Part shown: in pieces, positions 41,481 to 44,224 of the stretch
Numbering within the stretch: position 1 is the stretch's first letter
Layout: the number at the start of each line of letters is the position of its first letter
NCBI GenBank assembly: GCA_030141605.1
Contig: JAQGDQ010001367.1
Span: forward strand, 1-44,224
Direction of reading: 5' to 3'
DNA from: Tubiluchus corallicola
Lineage: Eukaryota > Animalia > Priapulida
Length of the DNA: 44,224 nucleotides
Made by a program: the position numbers and the translations under genes
The notes under the pieces: model-generated
What the model saw: the letters and a program-made list of their open reading frames with translations, nothing else
Databases searched by the model: none
Told to the model about the DNA's origin: nothing

Positions 41481-42430
41481 TTGTACGCATCGACAAAACA
41501 GACCTAGTGTTCAACAAAACTATAGGATCAATATACTCGTATGAAGCAGGATAATAGTAATAACATTAAGAGACAAAATCAAAGCAAAATTATTGACAAA
41601 TCTCGTTCTGCCCCTAAGAAACGCACCCCAAGGTGCCGAAACAGTTAATTCTGGAAATACTACGCATGATGTTTTATAGATATTGACCTCAGTAATTGTT
41701 GTGTTTTGCTTCTCTCGGAAGGCTCGTAGAGAAAACCAGAAAACACCTCGTCAAATTAAACCAGTTTATTATACGAGAATTCTACAACACAAAAGTATGA
41801 AGGAACGCGAAGTGTGTACAGTAAATGTAATAATCTGGAAACGTGAAAGCGAGAAAGCTTATCTGAATCTGAGAAAATGAGAATATAAGAGAATAAACTC
41901 CAGCGGTCAGGTCCACCTTATATATTAGTGCCAGGGAACAGTCTAGAAATAGAAAGTTCTCGAAACGTCTGCAAGGCAAGAAGATTGTTCTACTATACTA
42001 TGGAACATTCTACAATATTCTAATGGTTCTAATTTAATTCTAGTGCATCTCCATAACAGTAATACGGGATTTTGCACATTTTAAAATTTTTGTAAAGAAA
42101 AATTTTCACTCTAGACAAAACCTAAACCACCATTTCCTGTTTGACAATCGTCAAAACGAACAATTGTTACTCTCTTTTAAATACGAGACATTTATTGGCG
42201 GCGAGGAAAACGAATTGTTAAAATGAAACCAACGGCCACCACCCACTTAAACAAAGACGTGGTTTCCTTCAGACACAAATATCTGCAACACTTTGTCCAG
42301 TTTAAATGGAAGAACAAAGAATTCGTTCATATGCAAGAAGACGTAAATTATGGTAAGGATTTATGTATCAGTTTTAAAAGCTGTCTAAGCTGAACAAAAT
42401 AAACTATGTTTAAACTAAGTTGTAAGTTAA

Positions 42431-44224
42431 AGGAAGACAGGATGATTTTTCGTATACTACCCCATTTTCAAGTCTGATAAAAAGTATACATTTCAACACG
42501 GTTATTACTGCAAAGCAGTATAGATGAAAGTCTTAATTAACGACGGGCGAGCCCAACTATTGATGGCATCACAAATGAACATAATTTTTCACAGCAAAAA
42601 TATTCCCCAAGATAAAAATTCAAGTTTCAAATTACAAACTAACATATCTGAACTGATATAACTGAACTGAAAAGTACAGAGGTACAGCACCTGTTTTTAG
42701 AGCACTGCGTTTGCGAAATGTAGGCGCTGGTGCCGGTCTAACTAGCGAATGGCGAAATGCATGTCACAGCGAAGAACTAGTGGCGCGAACGTGAAATAGT
42801 AGGATTCATTTCAATATCTTAAAGAGTAGATTGTTTTGACCTACAATTTAAGATTGGGTCCGGTTTTGCTTTTAACAAATCGTCGTGTCGTCTGTGAAAA
42901 TGCAAAAATTTACATTTTTATGTAAAAGTTCGCCTGTAAAATACGTCACTGAGACTCATACATCAGAGTCTAAATTAATTTGCTATGACGTCATCATTAG
43001 AACCTTGAACATGATTGAATATGACATCGGACGTGCTCTCTAGGGATTTTGTAATCAGATGTTTGGTATCAGATTAATTCTTACACGTCAAAATCTTAGT
43101 CGGGCTTGTCTAAAAACGCCCTGCAATAGACGGCTATCGATCCAGCAGTTATTGATTTTTTGCGTCCTCCAAAGTTTTGAGCAACGTCAGTTAGCAAACT
43201 CCAATTGATTAAGGGAAGCATTTCATTTCATTTCTCCCGTGAAACTGGTGTATTAAAATCGCGAAAACTATAAACCCACAACAAACAGGTTTCCTTTTAT
43301 TTAATAAAAGAAGTTTACGATACAATACAACATACAACATGTTGCAACCAGACATTAGATAGAGGTATCCGTGCAGTCATACTGATGAGAAGTTTATGCC
43401 CAGTTTTACAAAAAAAAGAAATCCATAACTGAATTGAATTGAGTTGAATTACAATTTATTTTTGTTTATCATATTACAAAAACCACATCCAGTCAACAAC
43501 TAGAAAACAAATATAACATAACAATAACAAAATAACAAACCTGCTGGATCGATAAAGCCGTCTATTGCAGGGCGTTTTAGACAAAGCCCGACTAAGATTT
43601 TGACGTAAGAATTAATCTGATACCAAACATCTGACTTACAAAATCCCTCAGAGAGCACGTCCGATACCATATTCAATCATGTTCAAGGTTCTAATGATGA
43701 CGTCATAGCAAATTAATTTAGACTCTGATGTATGAGTCTCAGTGACGTATTTCAAGGCGAACTTTTACATAAAAATGTAAATTTTTGCATTTTCACAGAC
43801 GACACGACGATTTGTTAAAAGCAAAACCGGACCCAATCTTAAATTGTAGGTCAAAACAATCTACTCTTTAAGATATTGAAATGAATCCTACTATTTCACG
43901 TTCGCGCCACTAGTTCTTCGCTGTGACATGCATTTCGCCATTCGCTAGTTAGACCGGCACCAGCGCCTACATTTCGCAAACGCAGTGCTCTAAAAACAGG
44001 TGCTGTACCTCTGTACTTTTCAGTTCAGTTATATCAGTTCAGATATGTTAGTTTGTAATTTGAAACTTGAATTTTTATCTTGGGGAATATTTTTGCTGTG
44101 AAAAATTATGTTCATTTGTGATGCCATCAATAGTTGGGCTCGCCCGTCGTTAATTAAGACTTTCATCTATACTGCTTTGCAGTAATAACCGTGTTGAAAT
44201 GTATACTTTTTATCAGACTTGAAA
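42431..44224. mobile_element. Foldback / long-TIR non-autonomous DNA element (TTAA|AGG terminus, Kolobok-like); arms 42466-43148 and 43541-44224, the right arm reaching the window end
   Basis: Near-perfect ~680-bp inverted repeat around a 392-bp spacer; left end ttaa|aggaag matches the cttcct|ttaa ends of relics at 18980 and 38360. Confidence 0.8.

Overview
AT-rich, intron- and repeat-rich eukaryotic (invertebrate animal, probably protostome/lophotrochozoan) DNA with two head-to-head genes. (1) Minus strand, 28333 down to at least 224, with no stop codon found in the window: a secreted or cell-surface protein. It has a signal-peptide exon, five LDL-receptor class A (LDLa) exons and 16 intact 108-bp Ser/Thr-rich mucin-like exons; every internal exon is phase 1-1. 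What looks like a ~628-bp satellite at 20-11280 is an array of exon+intron units, with a 1257-bp dimeric higher-order repeat. (2) Plus strand, about 32490-39774: a neuropeptide F/Y precursor (85 aa, mature peptide ending GRPRF-amide) with the diagnostic intron in the Arg codon. An intron of gene 1 holds a decayed RTE-clade LINE on the opposite strand, whose probable 5' UTR folds as an HDV-like self-cleaving ribozyme (11804-11898). The rest is MITEs (hAT-, piggyBac-, Tc1/pogo- and Kolobok-like termini, including a ~680-bp-arm foldback at 42.4-44.2 kb), a tRNA-derived SINE, LINE 3' fragments and long microsatellites that produce most of the spurious ORFs. All calls were made by eye; no database searches were run.
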